Source: an uncultured Gemmatimonadales bacterium (GTDB lineage: Bacteria > Gemmatimonadota > Gemmatimonadetes > Gemmatimonadales > GWC2-71-9). From it: DNA of 64,000 nt. The notes beneath the pieces are model-generated. The model was not told the origin of the DNA and ran no database searches. It saw only the letters and a program-made list of their open reading frames with translations. This document shows positions 11,306 to 22,761 of the stretch, in pieces (within the stretch, counting starts at the first letter, position 1; the number at the start of each line of letters is the position of its first letter). The stretch lies in the NCBI GenBank assembly GCA_963842945.1, contig CAWJIM010000024.1:429226-493225 (forward strand). The letters run 5' to 3'. The position numbers and the translations under genes are program-made.

Positions 11306-13771
11306 CAACACCTCCCGCACCTTTCGCATCAAATCGTCTGGCGTAAACGGCTTCTGGATGAACGCGGCCTCCTGCTGGCTGATGCCGCGGCGAACCACCT
11401 CATCGCTGGTATATCCCGAGATATAGATGACCCTCAGCCCCGGCCGCTCGGCCAGGAGTTGATCGGCCAGCTCGCTGGCGCCCATCTCGGGCATTACCAC
11501 ATCGGACAACAGAAGCTCGATCGGATGCTTGTAGTCGGCCGCAATCCCCAGAGCGTCCCGCCCGTGTCGCGCTTCCAGGACGGTGTGGCCATGGTCGGTA
11601 AGGATTTTCCAGATCAGCTCCCGCACGCCATCTTCGTCTTCCACCAGCAGCACCGTCTCGTCCCCCCGCAGTGAAGCAGGCGTTTCGGAAACGTTCGGTT
11701 CGTCTCCTTCCGCCAGGGGGAAGAAGATCTTCACCGTGGTACCCAGTCCCGGCTCGCTGGAAACCCGGACCACGCCTCCGTTCTGCTTCACGATGCCGTA
11801 CACGATGGATAGGCCGAGACCGGTGCGACTCCCCGGCGCTTGGGAGGTGTAGAATGGCTCGAACATGTGGGACATGGTATCGCTGTCCATCCCGCTGCCG
11901 GTATCGCTGACCGCCAGCACCACGTACCGGCCAGGCTTCACCGAACGGCCGCGGGACGACCCGCTGATCTGCCGCTCTCCCGTCTCGATGGTCAGGGTTC
12001 CGCCGGACAACATGGCATCTCGGGCATTGAGAACCAGATTGACCAGCACCTGCTCCAGCTGAGCCGGGTCCATTTTGATGTCGCCCAGACCAGAACGCAG
12101 CTCCGTGACCAGATTGATGTCAGCGCCGATGAGACGCTGAATGAGACCCTGCATGCCGGTGACGACCGCATTGAGCTGGAGGGGCCGAGGGTCCTGAGTC
12201 TGCTGTCGCCCAAAGGTCAGCAGCTGCCGGGTGAGAATGGCTCCCCGGTCGGCCGCCTTTCGGATCTGCTCGACGTCTTTCCGCCTCCGGTCGCTCGCCG
12301 GGATGTCGCGCAACAGAAGGTCGCTGAAGCCGCGAATGGTGGTCAGCAGGTTATTGAAGTCGTGCGCTACTCCCCCCGCGAGCCGGCCGGCCGCATCCAT
12401 CCGCTGAACCTGGCGCAACTGTTCCTCACTCTGGTGCAATGCCGCGCGGGTTCGGGTGCGCTCGCTGATATCGGTGGCCAGCACCAGGCGAGCCCGGCGC
12501 CCATCCCAATCCATTTCATGGGACACCAGCTCCATGTCGACGATGTTTCCGTCCTTGCGCTGGTGCTGGATCAGAGCCACGTCGGTCCGGGCAGTGCCGG
12601 TGCGCTCCAGGCCGTGGTGGACACCGGGAGCATCCTCGGGGGGCAGAATGTCCATGATCGTCATGGAAAGAAATTCGTCCCGGCTGTAGCCGTAGTGGCG
12701 AATGGCTGCCTCGTTCACGTCGAGGAAGGCCAGAGTGTCGCTGTCGAACACCCACATGGGCTGAGGATTGCTGCCGAAGAGCATTCCGTAGCGCTCGTTG
12801 GCTTCCTGGGAATCCCGCTGCAGCCGGCCGTTCTCCACCGACAACGAGGCGCGGCCCGCCAGCTCCTGCGCAAAACTCAGGTCGTCCGGTCCATAGACCC
12901 GGCCCGACTCCGGTCCGGCTACCAGCGTCAGCATTCCCGCCGTGTGGCCGCGGGCCAGCAGCGGCACCCGGATGAACGACCCCGGAGCCAGGACACGAAA
13001 CAGCTTGAGCTGCTCGGCATCCTCCGTGTTGGCCCGAAGCACGTCATCCGTCACCCCGCCATAACTCCCCCCGTCTGAACGCCCGAAAGGGGGACGCTGC
13101 GAGCCGGACTCACACAGCGCCCGAACCAGCAGATCCTTGGCCGGATCGCGATGCGCGGCGGTTACGAACTGAAGCTGGCCGTGTTCGTTGGCGACGTGGA
13201 TTGCACACCAGTCGGCGAGGGTGGGCACGCTCAGCCGAGCGAGATTCCGCAGCGTCGCCTCGTGATCGAGCGAGGCGGCCAGGATCAGATTTGCCTCGGC
13301 AAAAAAGGAGAGCCGGCGATCCAGCCGCTCGGCCTCTGCCCGGGAAAGCTCGACGCCACGCGCTCGCTCGGCGGCGTCTCTCATCCGGCCGACCAGCAGA
13401 ACCGTCAAAGGAAAAACCAGGAGAAAGCCGAGGAGGGTATAGGCGTTTTCAGGGGTGTAACGGAGAATGAATCCCGGTTCCGCCAGGTAATGCCGGGCAT
13501 ACAGGAGGGAGACAACGGCACTCGCGATCCCTGATCGGAGGCCGCCACGATAGGTCGAGTAGACGACTGTGAGCAGCAGAAACGCGAAGGGGTGGACGAT
13601 CGGCATGCCGTGCCGGGCCAGCTGATCGAACACAATCGCGGTGGCCAGGGTGAGGAGAAAACCCCTGGCGCCGACGCCTAATCGGCTCCAATCCATCCGG
13701 GCACGCGCCCGCGCCGCGCGAGCCAGAATGTCTGATCCGGTAATCCGGTGTGCGGCCCCGCTGTCAGTCAT
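11243..13771 (-). CDS. membrane hybrid histidine kinase (DUF4118-like TM, GAF, PAS, HisKA, HATPase, REC)
   Basis: about 4 N-terminal TM helices; GGVAHDFNN; NARDAM; VLLVEDE; FIQKPF. Confidence 0.9.
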   Translation of the reverse strand: MTDSGAAHRITGSDILARAARARARMDWSRLGVGARGFLLTLATAIVFDQLARHGMPIVHPFAFLLLTVVYSTYRGGLRSGIASAVVSLLYARHYLAEPGFILRYTPENAYTLLGFLLVFPLTVLLVGRMRDAAERARGVELSRAEAERLDRRLSFFAEANLILAASLDHEATLRNLARLSVPTLADWCAIHVANEHGQLQFVTAAHRDPAKDLLVRALCESGSQRPPFGRSDGGSYGGVTDDVLRANTEDAEQLKLFRVLAPGSFIRVPLLARGHTAGMLTLVAGPESGRVYGPDDLSFAQELAGRASLSVENGRLQRDSQEANERYGMLFGSNPQPMWVFDSDTLAFLDVNEAAIRHYGYSRDEFLSMTIMDILPPEDAPGVHHGLERTGTARTDVALIQHQRKDGNIVDMELVSHEMDWDGRRARLVLATDISERTRTRAALHQSEEQLRQVQRMDAAGRLAGGVAHDFNNLLTTIRGFSDLLLRDIPASDRRRKDVEQIRKAADRGAILTRQLLTFGRQQTQDPRPLQLNAVVTGMQGLIQRLIGADINLVTELRSGLGDIKMDPAQLEQVLVNLVLNARDAMLSGGTLTIETGERQISGSSRGRSVKPGRYVVLAVSDTGSGMDSDTMSHMFEPFYTSQAPGSRTGLGLSIVYGIVKQNGGVVRVSSEPGLGTTVKIFFPLAEGDEPNVSETPASLRGDETVLLVEDEDGVRELIWKILTDHGHTVLEARHGRDALGIAADYKHPIELLLSDVVMPEMGASELADQLLAERPGLRVIYISGYTSDEVVRRGISQQEAAFIQKPFTPDDLMRKVREVLDKDGNDGKDVKDGKVDGQDG

Positions 13772-13848
13772 TGTGGCTCCGAAGCCCGGCGGATAAGCCA
13801 GAGGGTGTGCCGGAACAACCCAAGCTCAATGTAAAATTATCCCCAGTC

Positions 13849-13864
13849 TGTGACCCGCCACACA
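13849..13864. promoter_or_regulatory. CRP/FNR-like box
   Basis: TGTGA-cccgcc-ACACA between the divergent kinase and TonB receptor genes. Confidence 0.45.
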
Positions 13865-13968
13865 CCCGACTCCTTGCGACCATCGGCAGGGCGCGGTAAG
13901 CTATGCGCCGTTCTCCCATATCGCGGCACGCCCCATTGCCTCCCGGTTCTCGAAAGGGATCTCGCGCC

Positions 13969-16900
13969 ATGGACCCACGCCGACGTCTTGTCCTCTCCGC
14001 CCTCCCCATCGTCGCCTGTCTGCTGGCGGCGCCATCCCTCGCAACAGCGCAGGTTCAGGCCACCACTGGTGTGATCAGAGGCACCGTGAGCGATTCAACC
14101 GGCCACCCGCTGGCTGATGCCCACGTGTCGTTGCGCCACTTGGCCACCAACGCGGAGCGGACCCTCACCACCAATGCCAGCGGCGTCTACATCGCGACGT
14201 TGCTTCGGGTAGGTACCTACGACGTTGCGGCCAGAGCGGTAGGGTTCCAGGAGGACCGGCGGGACAGCGTACAGGTGCGGCTGGGCGAAACGGTGGAGAT
14301 CAACTTCATGCTCGCGCCGCAGGTGGTGCAACTGCAGGAGCTGACGGTGGCGGCACCGGAGCGGGGGATAGATCCTACCGCCTCGGAGTCGGCCACCCGA
14401 ATGGGCGCGGAGGCGGTGCAGGGGCTGCCCAACAACGGCCGCAACATCTTCAACTACACCACGCTGACCCCGAACGTCGCGACGGTGCAGGGCCCCGATG
14501 GAGACGAGATCAGCATCGGGGGCCAGCGCGGCATTCACAACAACGTTTCAGTGGATGGAGCGGACTTCAACAATCCATTCTTCGGGGAGCAGCGTGGTGG
14601 GCAGCGTCCGGCTTTCACCTTCAACCTGGACGCAGTCCAGGATTTTGTCGTGGTATCTGACGGGGCCAACGCCGAGTTCGGACGCTCCGGCGGCGGGTTC
14701 GTCAACATCATCACCAAGTCAGGCACCAACCAATTCCACGGCTCGGCCCACTACTTCGGGAAGTACGACGCGCTCTCGGCCGACTTCACCCACACCTTCC
14801 CCGCCGGCGGCACAACCGGCTTCACGCCTGATTTTCAGCAACACCAGTTTGGCGCCACGTTCGGCGGCCCCATAGCCCGGGACAAGGTGTTCTTCTTCCT
14901 GGCTTACGATCAGCAGGTGTACGACGAGACCAAGCAGACCGACCGCCTGGGGGCGATCGACCCCGCCCTGCTCGCCTTCGTGGACACCGCGTTCAGCGGA
15001 GCCCTGCAGGGAGATTTCGGCCCGATCAGCCGGACCAACGATGCGAACGCCTTCCTGGCCAAGCTCGACTTCAAGCTGGGTGCGAAGAGCAACGCATCGC
15101 TCAAATACAACTACACCAATTCCCGCCAGGAGAACGGTACGTTCGATGTGGACTTCTGGGGCCGCAGCGCCAACGCGTCTCGAGCGGGACTTCTCCCACG
15201 CCGTAAACGGCAGCCTGACCTCACTCTTCTCCTCGGCTCTCTCCAACGAGTTCCGTTTCCAGTGGGCCCGGGAGGATCGGCCGCGACCCTATGAGGGGGC
15301 AACCAACCCGACCGTCGGCCGGCCCTTTCCGGACACCGACATCGGGTTCCTGGCCCCGGACAACTCGTTCCAGGGCTATCGGGTGGGCATGCCGTTCTTC
15401 ATTCCAGTAGATGCGCACGATTACCGCTTCCAGGTGCTGGACAACGTCTCGGTGGTCAGCGGCAACCATCTGTTCAAGTTCGGCGGAGAGTGGAACCGGA
15501 CCGGGGTTGATCAGACGTTCAGAGGTTTCGGCAACGGGCGAATCGGATTTACCTCCGTCCCCGGATTCCTGAGCTACGTCGCGAACCCCGGGTACGTCGA
15601 GTGCGCCGTGGACGTCACCAACACGCCAACTCTACCCCAGACTACGGGCGCCTGCCCAGTGGGCCAGCACATCACCGGGCCGATTGCCCTTTACCTGCAG
15701 CAGGCAGGGCTCAACGGACTTACCGTGGATGAGGCAGGCACCCAGACCATCATCCAGAACGAGCTGGCGCTCTTCCTCCAGGACAACTGGAAGCCGCAGT
15801 CCAACCTGACGGTTAACTACGGCCTGCGCTGGGAGGCGCAGATCGAGCCGAGTCTGATCACGCCGATCCCCGACCTGTTCTATCAGCCGCTGATCGGGAC
15901 TACCTCCGTCACGCCGAAAGGCAGCTTCGAATTTCCGGGCGACGGGACCATCCCGTCCGACTACAACATGTTCCAGCCCCGGCTGGGCATAGCCTACGAC
16001 ATCAATGGCGACGCCAAGCAGGTAATCCGCGCCAACGCCGGCATCTACTACGCGCGGATTCCGGGACTGAACCTGGCCAGCAGCCGGAGCACCGACGGCT
16101 CGCGGGGTCAGAGCATCTTCCGTAACAGCGCGCTTACCCCGATCCTGGGGGCGCCGCCCGCGTACGGGGAGTTGCTGCCCACGCCGCCGGGTGCGCCGTT
16201 CGAGCCGGGTATTTTCGTGTTCGACAAGGATTTCGTGAACCCGCGTACCTTCACCGCGACGGTTGGGTACGAGCGGGAGATTGGGCGCGGGATAGCGGCC
16301 GGCCTGAGCTACACCCATGCCCGGACCGATAACCTGACCCGCTTTATCAACGGCAACGACCCGGTGTTCGGCAATGACACCGTCGGTCCCTGGTCTACCG
16401 CCTTTGCGCCGGGAGGCGCCCCCGGCCTGGGATCGCTGACCGTGGTCCAGAGCTCGGCCAGGTCCCGCTTTAACGGAATAACCGCCGAGCTCCGGCGCGC
16501 GCTAAACCCCAAGCTCGAGTTCCAGGTGAACTACACCCTGAGCTGGGATAAGGCTGACGACGACAACGAGCGCGATCCGTTCACCTTCCGCTATGCCCGG
16601 GCCGACTCACTGGAGAAGGAATACAACTGGAGCGACCGGGACCAGCGCCACCGCTTCAACGCCTGGATCCTGGCGGTACTCCCCGGCGATGTCTTCCTGA
16701 ACAATCGTCTGAGCGCCTACTCGGCCCAGCCAACCTCGGAGGTCTGCGGCGCCGCGAATGTGGGCACCGGGGTACGGGCCTCACAGCCGTCGCAGCGCAT
16801 CTGCCCCGATGGACACGTGCTCCAGCGCAACACGATCCGCCGAGACAATGCCTATTTCTCCTGGGACATCCGGATCTCGAAGCCAGTCTATTTTGCCCGC

Positions 16901-17062
16901 GACCGTGCCCTGGAGCTGATCTTCGAGGGGTTCAACCTCACCAACCACGACAATTTCAAGGATCCGTCCACGGCGGGCACGTTCCTGGTCTTCGACGGAA
17001 CCATCAGAAGCGGGCTGGGAGAGCCGCGGCAGTTCCAGGCAGGGGTGCGCTACATCTTCTGA
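13969..17062 (+). CDS. TonB-dependent receptor, Oar type with carboxypeptidase-regulatory N-domain (frameshift near 15175)
   Basis: Signal peptide; GVIRGTVSD; LPNNGRN; AEFGRSGGGFVNIITKSGTN plug; C-terminal PRQFQAGVRYIF. Confidence 0.9.
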
Positions 17063-17136
17063 GCCGACCGAGGAACCGGACGGGCGAACTCGCTCTTGAA
17101 CTTGCGGGATCGCCCTTCCTTCTCCGTGACGGGACC

Positions 17137-19089
17137 TCACGCAACCGGTGAGAGCACATCCCGCACCTTGGCGGCAAGCTCTTCCGGCGTAAACGGCTTG
17201 GGCAGAAACTCGTCCACGCCGGCCTCGCTGAAGCGCTGCAGCACCTCTATGTCGCCATAGCCACTCATCGCCACAATCGGCGTGTTCGGCTGCAGCCGGC
17301 GTAGCTCGGTGGCCGCTTCCGCTCCTCCCAGCTCGGGCATCGTCAGGTCCAGGAGAATCAGCCGCACGTCGTCTCCCAGGTCGCGCAGCCGCTCCACTGC
17401 CTGCTGGCCATCCTCCGCCAGCTCGACGGTGTAACCCGCTTCCTCGAGGACACTCGACACCAGCGCGCGGATGCCCTCTTCGTCGTCGGCCACCAGGATG
17501 GTTCCCGCCCCCTGGAACCCGGTTTCCACACTGAAACGCCCGCTCACCCGGTCGGGAACATGTGAATCACGCGGCACCGGCAAGAGAACAGTGAAGGTGG
17601 TGCCCCGGCCCGGCTCACTCCGGACGCTGATGGCCCCCCGGTGTCCCCGGACGATGCCCAAGGCTGCTGAGAGACCAAGGCCCCGTCCTAAAAACTTGGT
17701 GGTGAAGAAGGGCTCGAAAATCCGGTTGCGGGTCTCCGGGTCCATGCCGGCTCCCGTGTCGGTCACATCGATCCGCACGTATTCACCGGTCACTATGGGG
17801 AACCCTTCGGTCCGGGGCTGCTCCCGCCGTTCGGTGAAGTGCTCGGTTCGAACTCGCACCGTCAAGGTTCCGGGTTCGTCTCCAATGGCTTCGCCGCCAT
17901 TGATCACGAGGTTCATCACCAGCTGCTGCAGTTGAGCCTTGTCGGCCTCGACCAGCGGGCAATCCTCCGGCACATCGATCACCAGGCTGATCTTCTTGGA
18001 GATGGAAGCCCTGATCAGCGAGCTCACTTCACTCACGAGCTTGCCCAGGTCCACCGAAGCGATGACGAACCGGCCCTTCCCGGCGTAGGCCAGAAGCTGC
18101 CGGGTAAGGTCCGCCGCTTTTTGGCTGGCCGAGAGCACATCGTGAAGCAGTGAAGCAGCCTGGTCGGTCTTCCCGGTGTTGAGGGCCCGGCGCGCCAGTC
18201 CGGCGTTCCCCATGATTCCAGTCAGCAGATTATTGAAGTCGTGGGCTATTCCGCCGGCGAGGACCCCGATGCTTTCCAGCTTCTGCGCCTGCTGCAACGC
18301 CTCCTCGTTCTCTCGCTGAGCGGCTTCGCTCGACTTCTGCTGCGTCAGGTCTCGGATCACCAGGACAGCACCCCCAATGGTGCTGTCGGAGGGAATGGGC
18401 GCGATGGAGGAGCTGATCGGGATGAGCCTGCCGTCCTTGTGCAGGAAAAAGTCTTCTTCACTGCGCAGAGTCTCTCCCGTGATCAGCACCTTCATGTGGG
18501 GGCACTCTTCACTGGAATACCAGCTGCCGTCAGCCGCACGGCATCGGAGCCTGTCGTGCAGCAGCTCGCCGACGAGCTCCTCTCGCGACCAGCCGAACAT
18601 GCTTTGGGCACTGGGATTGATGAACGTCAGCCGACCCTCTTTGTCCACCAGTATCATCGCTTCGGCGGCATTACTGGCGATGGCATCGGCCAGATTGAGC
18701 TGGTACTGGAGCAGCTCCTCGGCGCGCTTCAGCTCGGTGTCGTCGCGGATGATCTTGGCTACTCCAGTTACCGTGCCTGCTTCATCACGCAGCCCCACCA
18801 TGACGCCATTGGCCCAGAACCGGGAGCCATCCTTTCGAATATGCCAGCGAGAGTCCTCAGCCCGGCCTGACTGGATGGCGAACCTGAGCTCATGCTCCGG
18901 AACGCCCTGGAGGTTGTCCTCCGGGGTAAACAGGACGGTACCCGAGCGCCCAATGATCTCGCCGGGCTCATACTGGAAAATCCGCTGCGCGCCTGGATTC
19001 CAGGTCTCCACCGTCCCCTCAAGGCTGAGATGGAAGACGGCGTAATCCACGGTGGATTCGAAGAGCCGTTGATAACGATCGTCCGCCAT
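17137..19089 (-). CDS. cytoplasmic hybrid histidine kinase PAS-PAS-HisKA-HATPase-REC
   Basis: WNPGAQRIF, RKDGSRFWA PAS/PAC; GGIAHDFNN; FEPFFTTK; FLPKPF. Confidence 0.92.
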   Translation of the reverse strand: MADDRYQRLFESTVDYAVFHLSLEGTVETWNPGAQRIFQYEPGEIIGRSGTVLFTPEDNLQGVPEHELRFAIQSGRAEDSRWHIRKDGSRFWANGVMVGLRDEAGTVTGVAKIIRDDTELKRAEELLQYQLNLADAIASNAAEAMILVDKEGRLTFINPSAQSMFGWSREELVGELLHDRLRCRAADGSWYSSEECPHMKVLITGETLRSEEDFFLHKDGRLIPISSSIAPIPSDSTIGGAVLVIRDLTQQKSSEAAQRENEEALQQAQKLESIGVLAGGIAHDFNNLLTGIMGNAGLARRALNTGKTDQAASLLHDVLSASQKAADLTRQLLAYAGKGRFVIASVDLGKLVSEVSSLIRASISKKISLVIDVPEDCPLVEADKAQLQQLVMNLVINGGEAIGDEPGTLTVRVRTEHFTERREQPRTEGFPIVTGEYVRIDVTDTGAGMDPETRNRIFEPFFTTKFLGRGLGLSAALGIVRGHRGAISVRSEPGRGTTFTVLLPVPRDSHVPDRVSGRFSVETGFQGAGTILVADDEEGIRALVSSVLEEAGYTVELAEDGQQAVERLRDLGDDVRLILLDLTMPELGGAEAATELRRLQPNTPIVAMSGYGDIEVLQRFSEAGVDEFLPKPFTPEELAAKVRDVLSPVA

Positions 19090-19209
19090 GCTGGCACCCG
19101 CTTGAGGATTCCCTGTTCGGGCCCGATCTGACCATCAGGCAACCTGTCTGGCTCGGAGCCTCGGGCTGTGACGTGGGATACCCAACTGGTACAAGAACTT
19201 CGGGAAGAA

Positions 19210-19225
19210 TGTGAGTGCGCTCACA
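19210..19225. promoter_or_regulatory. CRP-like box (perfect consensus)
   Basis: TGTGA-gtgcgc-TCACA upstream of the small membrane protein gene. Confidence 0.6.
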
Positions 19226-19295
19226 GACCGGGTATCCGGCGGTTGCTATGTTAGGCCAGGCTGATGGTGCAGATCACCTTAGCGGAGGAAATTCC

Positions 19296-19445
19296 ATGCT
19301 GGTATGGCTTGCAGTCATCCTGCTGGTCGCCTGGCTCCTGGGTTGGGGAGTCTTTCATGTTGCGGGTGGCCTGATTCACCTGTTACTGGTGATCGCGCTG
19401 GTCGTATTCCTGATCAACTTCATCTCGGGCCGTCGAACGGTCTAG
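19296..19445 (+). CDS. lmo0937-family (DUF5670) small membrane protein
   Basis: MLVWLAVILLVAWLLGWGVFHVAGGLIHLLLVIALVVFLINFISGRRTV; GGAGG RBS. Confidence 0.85.
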   Translation: MLVWLAVILLVAWLLGWGVFHVAGGLIHLLLVIALVVFLINFISGRRTV

Positions 19446-19454
19446 GTATTCCTG

Positions 19455-19485
19455 GAGGACAGGGGGATTCGTTCCCCCTGTCCTC
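19455..19485 (+). terminator. GC-rich hairpin after small membrane protein gene
   Basis: gaggacaggggga-ttcgt-tccccctgtcctc. Confidence 0.6.
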
Positions 19486-19562
19486 ACCCTCCGCCTCACC
19501 CCTGGCAATTACTATGGCTGGTGGTAAGTTGCGGCATGCTTACCGCTACCCAATCAACCCGC

Positions 19563-19982
19563 ATGCGGCGAGGCTGCGCGGGGCCTGACTCCACTACCGA
19601 ACCCAGGCGAGTGGTTCTTGTAGTCGACGACGAGCAAGGCCTGCGTGAGCTGGTATGCCGTACTCTGCAGGCTGAAGGCTTTACTACGCTGGAAGCCGGG
19701 CATGGGGCCGAGGCGCTGGAGGTTATGGAAGGCGCCCCCGAGCCGGTAGACCTGGTAGTTACCGACGTGGTCATGCCCGGTATGGACGGCCGTGAGTTGG
19801 GCCGCCGTATCTCCCAGCGCTGGCCTGATCTCCCAATCCTTTACATCTCCGCCTACGACGTGAACGACATCTTCCGTCGCGGCTCTCCCCGCACCTCCGC
19901 CCCCTTTTTGCAGAAGCCCTTCCCGCCCGAGGGACTGATCACAACCGTTCGCGGCCTGATCCGGAGCCGCTCACACCGCTGA
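19563..19982 (+). CDS. single-domain response regulator
   Basis: VLVVDDE, VTDVVMPGMDG, FLQKPF; start codon uncertain. Confidence 0.85.
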   Translation: MRRGCAGPDSTTEPRRVVLVVDDEQGLRELVCRTLQAEGFTTLEAGHGAEALEVMEGAPEPVDLVVTDVVMPGMDGRELGRRISQRWPDLPILYISAYDVNDIFRRGSPRTSAPFLQKPFPPEGLITTVRGLIRSRSHR

Positions 19983-20032
19983 GGTTGGGGCAGGCTCCAG
20001 CGTAACATCGCACCTCGGTTACTGCATTTTGG

Positions 20033-20048
20033 CGTGATCAGGGTCACG
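20033..20048. promoter_or_regulatory. CRP/FNR-like box
   Basis: CGTGA-tcaggg-TCACG with perfectly palindromic arms. Confidence 0.5.
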
Positions 20049-20263
20049 GATCTCGCCTGCTCCCCCCACTATCACTATCGACACTCTGCGGCCCGTGTGA
20101 GATAACCGAGGTCGCCACGCTGGAAATTCGCCCGGTATCACGCTGGGGAGAGATCTTGGTCGCCTGCTTGTCCGTCTTCGCAACATCACCCACCCACGAC
20201 GATCAGAGGGTTCTCCCCCGCGGCCAGATTTCGATCCACGATGACGAATGAGGAGGGGGAATC

Positions 20264-21315
20264 ATGACTGCAGCAATCGAGCAGGGCCTTCGGTATCGCC
20301 GACGGTATACCGACCAGCCGTCAGGCGATATGGAGAGCAGCGCCCAGCGCCGAGCCAGAGGCCTGGGATGGTTCAGCATCGGATTAGGCTTGGCCGAGAT
20401 CGGCGCACCTCGTTCCCTGGCCAGGCTGATCGGCATAAGTGATGACGATGAAACCCGTAACACGATGTTCGCTCTCGGGTTGAGGGAGATCACCAGCGGC
20501 ATCGGGATCCTTGCCTCACCTCGCGTCTCCGGGCTGGGTCTGGAGCCGGGTGGGGGGAGACCTGATGGATCTGGCCCTTCTGGGCAAGGCCATGAGCGAC
20601 GATCAAAACGATCGGAACCGGGTTGCCGCAGCCACCGCCGCCGTTGCCGGTGTCACCATCGTCGATTTCCTCACCGGCCAGCAGCTCAGCCGCAACCCGG
20701 GAACGGCGGTGAGCAGAGAACCAATGGTTCCGGGATAGTCCAGCAGAACCGCCAGTCCTCCAGCGGAGTTCACGTCACCCAATCGCTGACCATCAACCGG
20801 CCCCGGAACGAGGTCTACGGGTTCTGGCACAACTTCGAGAACCTTCCCCGGTTCATGGCTCACCTCGAGTCGGTGCAGGTGCTGGACAACAACCGTTCCC
20901 GCTGGAAGGCCAAGGCTCCGGCGGGCACGACGGTCGAGTGGGAGGCGGAGACCATCGAGGACCGGCCCAACGAGCTGATCGCCTGGCGCTCTCTGCCCGA
21001 TGCGACCATCCCCAATTCCGGGTCGGTGCGGTTCAAGGATGCGCCCGGGAACCGGGGAACCGAAATCCACGTCGACCTTCGCTACCAGCCTCCTGGAGGG
21101 AAGCTGGGATCGCTGATCGCCAAGCTTTTCGGCGAGGAGCCGGAGCAGCAGGTCAAGGGCGATTTGCGCCGCTTCAAGCAGGTCATGGAGACGGGAGAGA
21201 TCGTCCACTCGGATTCAGCAGCATCCATTCCGGCATGCATCCGGCACAGCCACCGGAGAGCCTGGAGGATGTTGAGCTTCTCGGGACGCCTCGCGAGCAC
21301 GCGGTTCAACGCTGA
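20264..21315 (+). CDS. SRPBCC/cyclase-dehydrase family membrane protein (several frameshifts)
   Basis: GLGWFSIGLGLAE N-domain; FWHNFENLPRFM, IAWRS, DLRRFKQVMETGEI; GAGGAGG RBS. Confidence 0.85.
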
Positions 21316-21351
21316 GCTGAGCCGCACGGCTCGGAAAGAGAGACATAGATC

Positions 21352-22524
21352 ATGAAGGCCAACTGCTGGATGGGAAAGCGGAAGGTGCAAGTCGAAGAGG
21401 TGCCGGATCCGAAGATCCTGAACTCCCACGATGCGATTGTCCGGGTCACCTCGACCGCCATCTGCGGTTCGGATCTCCACCTGTACAACGGCTTCGTCCC
21501 TACGATGGAACGGGGCGATGTGCTGGGCCATGAGTTCATGGGCGAGGTGGTGGAGGTGGGCTCCTTCGGTGCGCAACCTGAAGGTTGGCGACCGGGTGGT
21601 GGTTCCGTTTCCGATCGCGTGCGGCGCCTGCGCCTCGTGTGAAGCTCAGATGTTCTCGCTCTGCGAAAACTCCAACCCCAACGCGTGGATCGCCGAGAAG
21701 CTGCTGGGGCACTCCCCCAGCGGGATCTTCGGCTACTCCCACATGCTCGGTGGATTCGCCGGCGGCCAGGCCGAGTACGCCCGGGTGCCTTTTGCGGATG
21801 TGGGCCCTTAAAAGTCCCCGAAGATCTGACCGACGATCAGGTGCTGTTCCTGTCGGACATCTTCCCCACCGGCTACATGGGCGCGGAGATGTGCGACATC
21901 CAGCGTGGGGATGTCGTGGCGGTCTGGGGCGCGGGCCCGGTAGGCCAGTTTGCCATCGCCAGCGCCTACCTGCTGGGGGCGGAACGGGTCATCGCCATCG
22001 ACCGGTTCAAGTACCGGCTGGACATGGCCAAGGAACGGGCGGGCGCCTCGGATACCATCAATTACGAGGAGCTGAACGTCCAGGACGCCCTGCTGGAGTT
22101 GACCGGCGGACGGGGTCCCGACAAGTGCATCGACGCCGTGGGGATGGAAGCGCACGGCCATGGGATTACCTACGCCTATGACCGGATGAAGCAGGCCACC
22201 ATGATGGAAACCGATCGTCCCATCGCGCTCCGGGAAGCCATTCTGGCCTGCCGGAATGGTGGGGTGGTGTCGGTGATTGGGGTGTACGGCGGGTTCATCG
22301 ACAAGTTCCCCATGGGGGCCATCATGAACCGTTCGCTCACCATCCGGAGCGGCCAGTGCCATACCCACCGGTACATGCGGCCGCTACTCGACCGGATTCA
22401 GAAGGGGGAGATCGATCCCAGCTTCGTCATCACCCACCGGCTGCCGCTGGACCAGGCGGCCAAGGGCTATGACATGTTCCTGAACAAGGAAGACAATTGC
22501 GAGAAGGTGGTGCTCAGCGCCTGA
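21352..22524 (+). CDS. zinc-dependent alcohol dehydrogenase, formaldehyde dehydrogenase-like (frameshifts near 21565, 21808)
   Basis: [34 protein letters not shown]. Confidence 0.9.
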
Positions 22525-22549
22525 CGTCGTTCCCTGTTACCGTTCAGGT

Positions 22550-22587
22550 CAGATGCCCCGGTTGCCCCAGCGCAGCCGGGGCGTCTG
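22550..22587 (+). terminator. hairpin after dehydrogenase gene
   Basis: cagatgccccggttg...cagccggggcgtctg. Confidence 0.55.
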
Positions 22588-22668
22588 GCTGCTTGACTGG
22601 CGCTTGACCCGTCCAACGCACCATCTCGGCCGAGGCAGCGGCACCGGCCGCTAGGTCAAATGGCGTAA

Positions 22669-22715
22669 CGTGATGCGGATCACAAACTTGACAGAAGCTC
22701 AGCGGGTAAGATACT
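22669..22715 (+). promoter_or_regulatory. CRP-like box next to a sigma70-like promoter
   Basis: CGTGA-tgcgga-TCACA (22669-22684), TTGACA (22688-22693), 16 nt, GATACT (22710-22715). Confidence 0.5.
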
Positions 22716-22761
22716 AGACTATTACCCGAGAGATCAGAACCTGTTACTGATAGGAACCCCT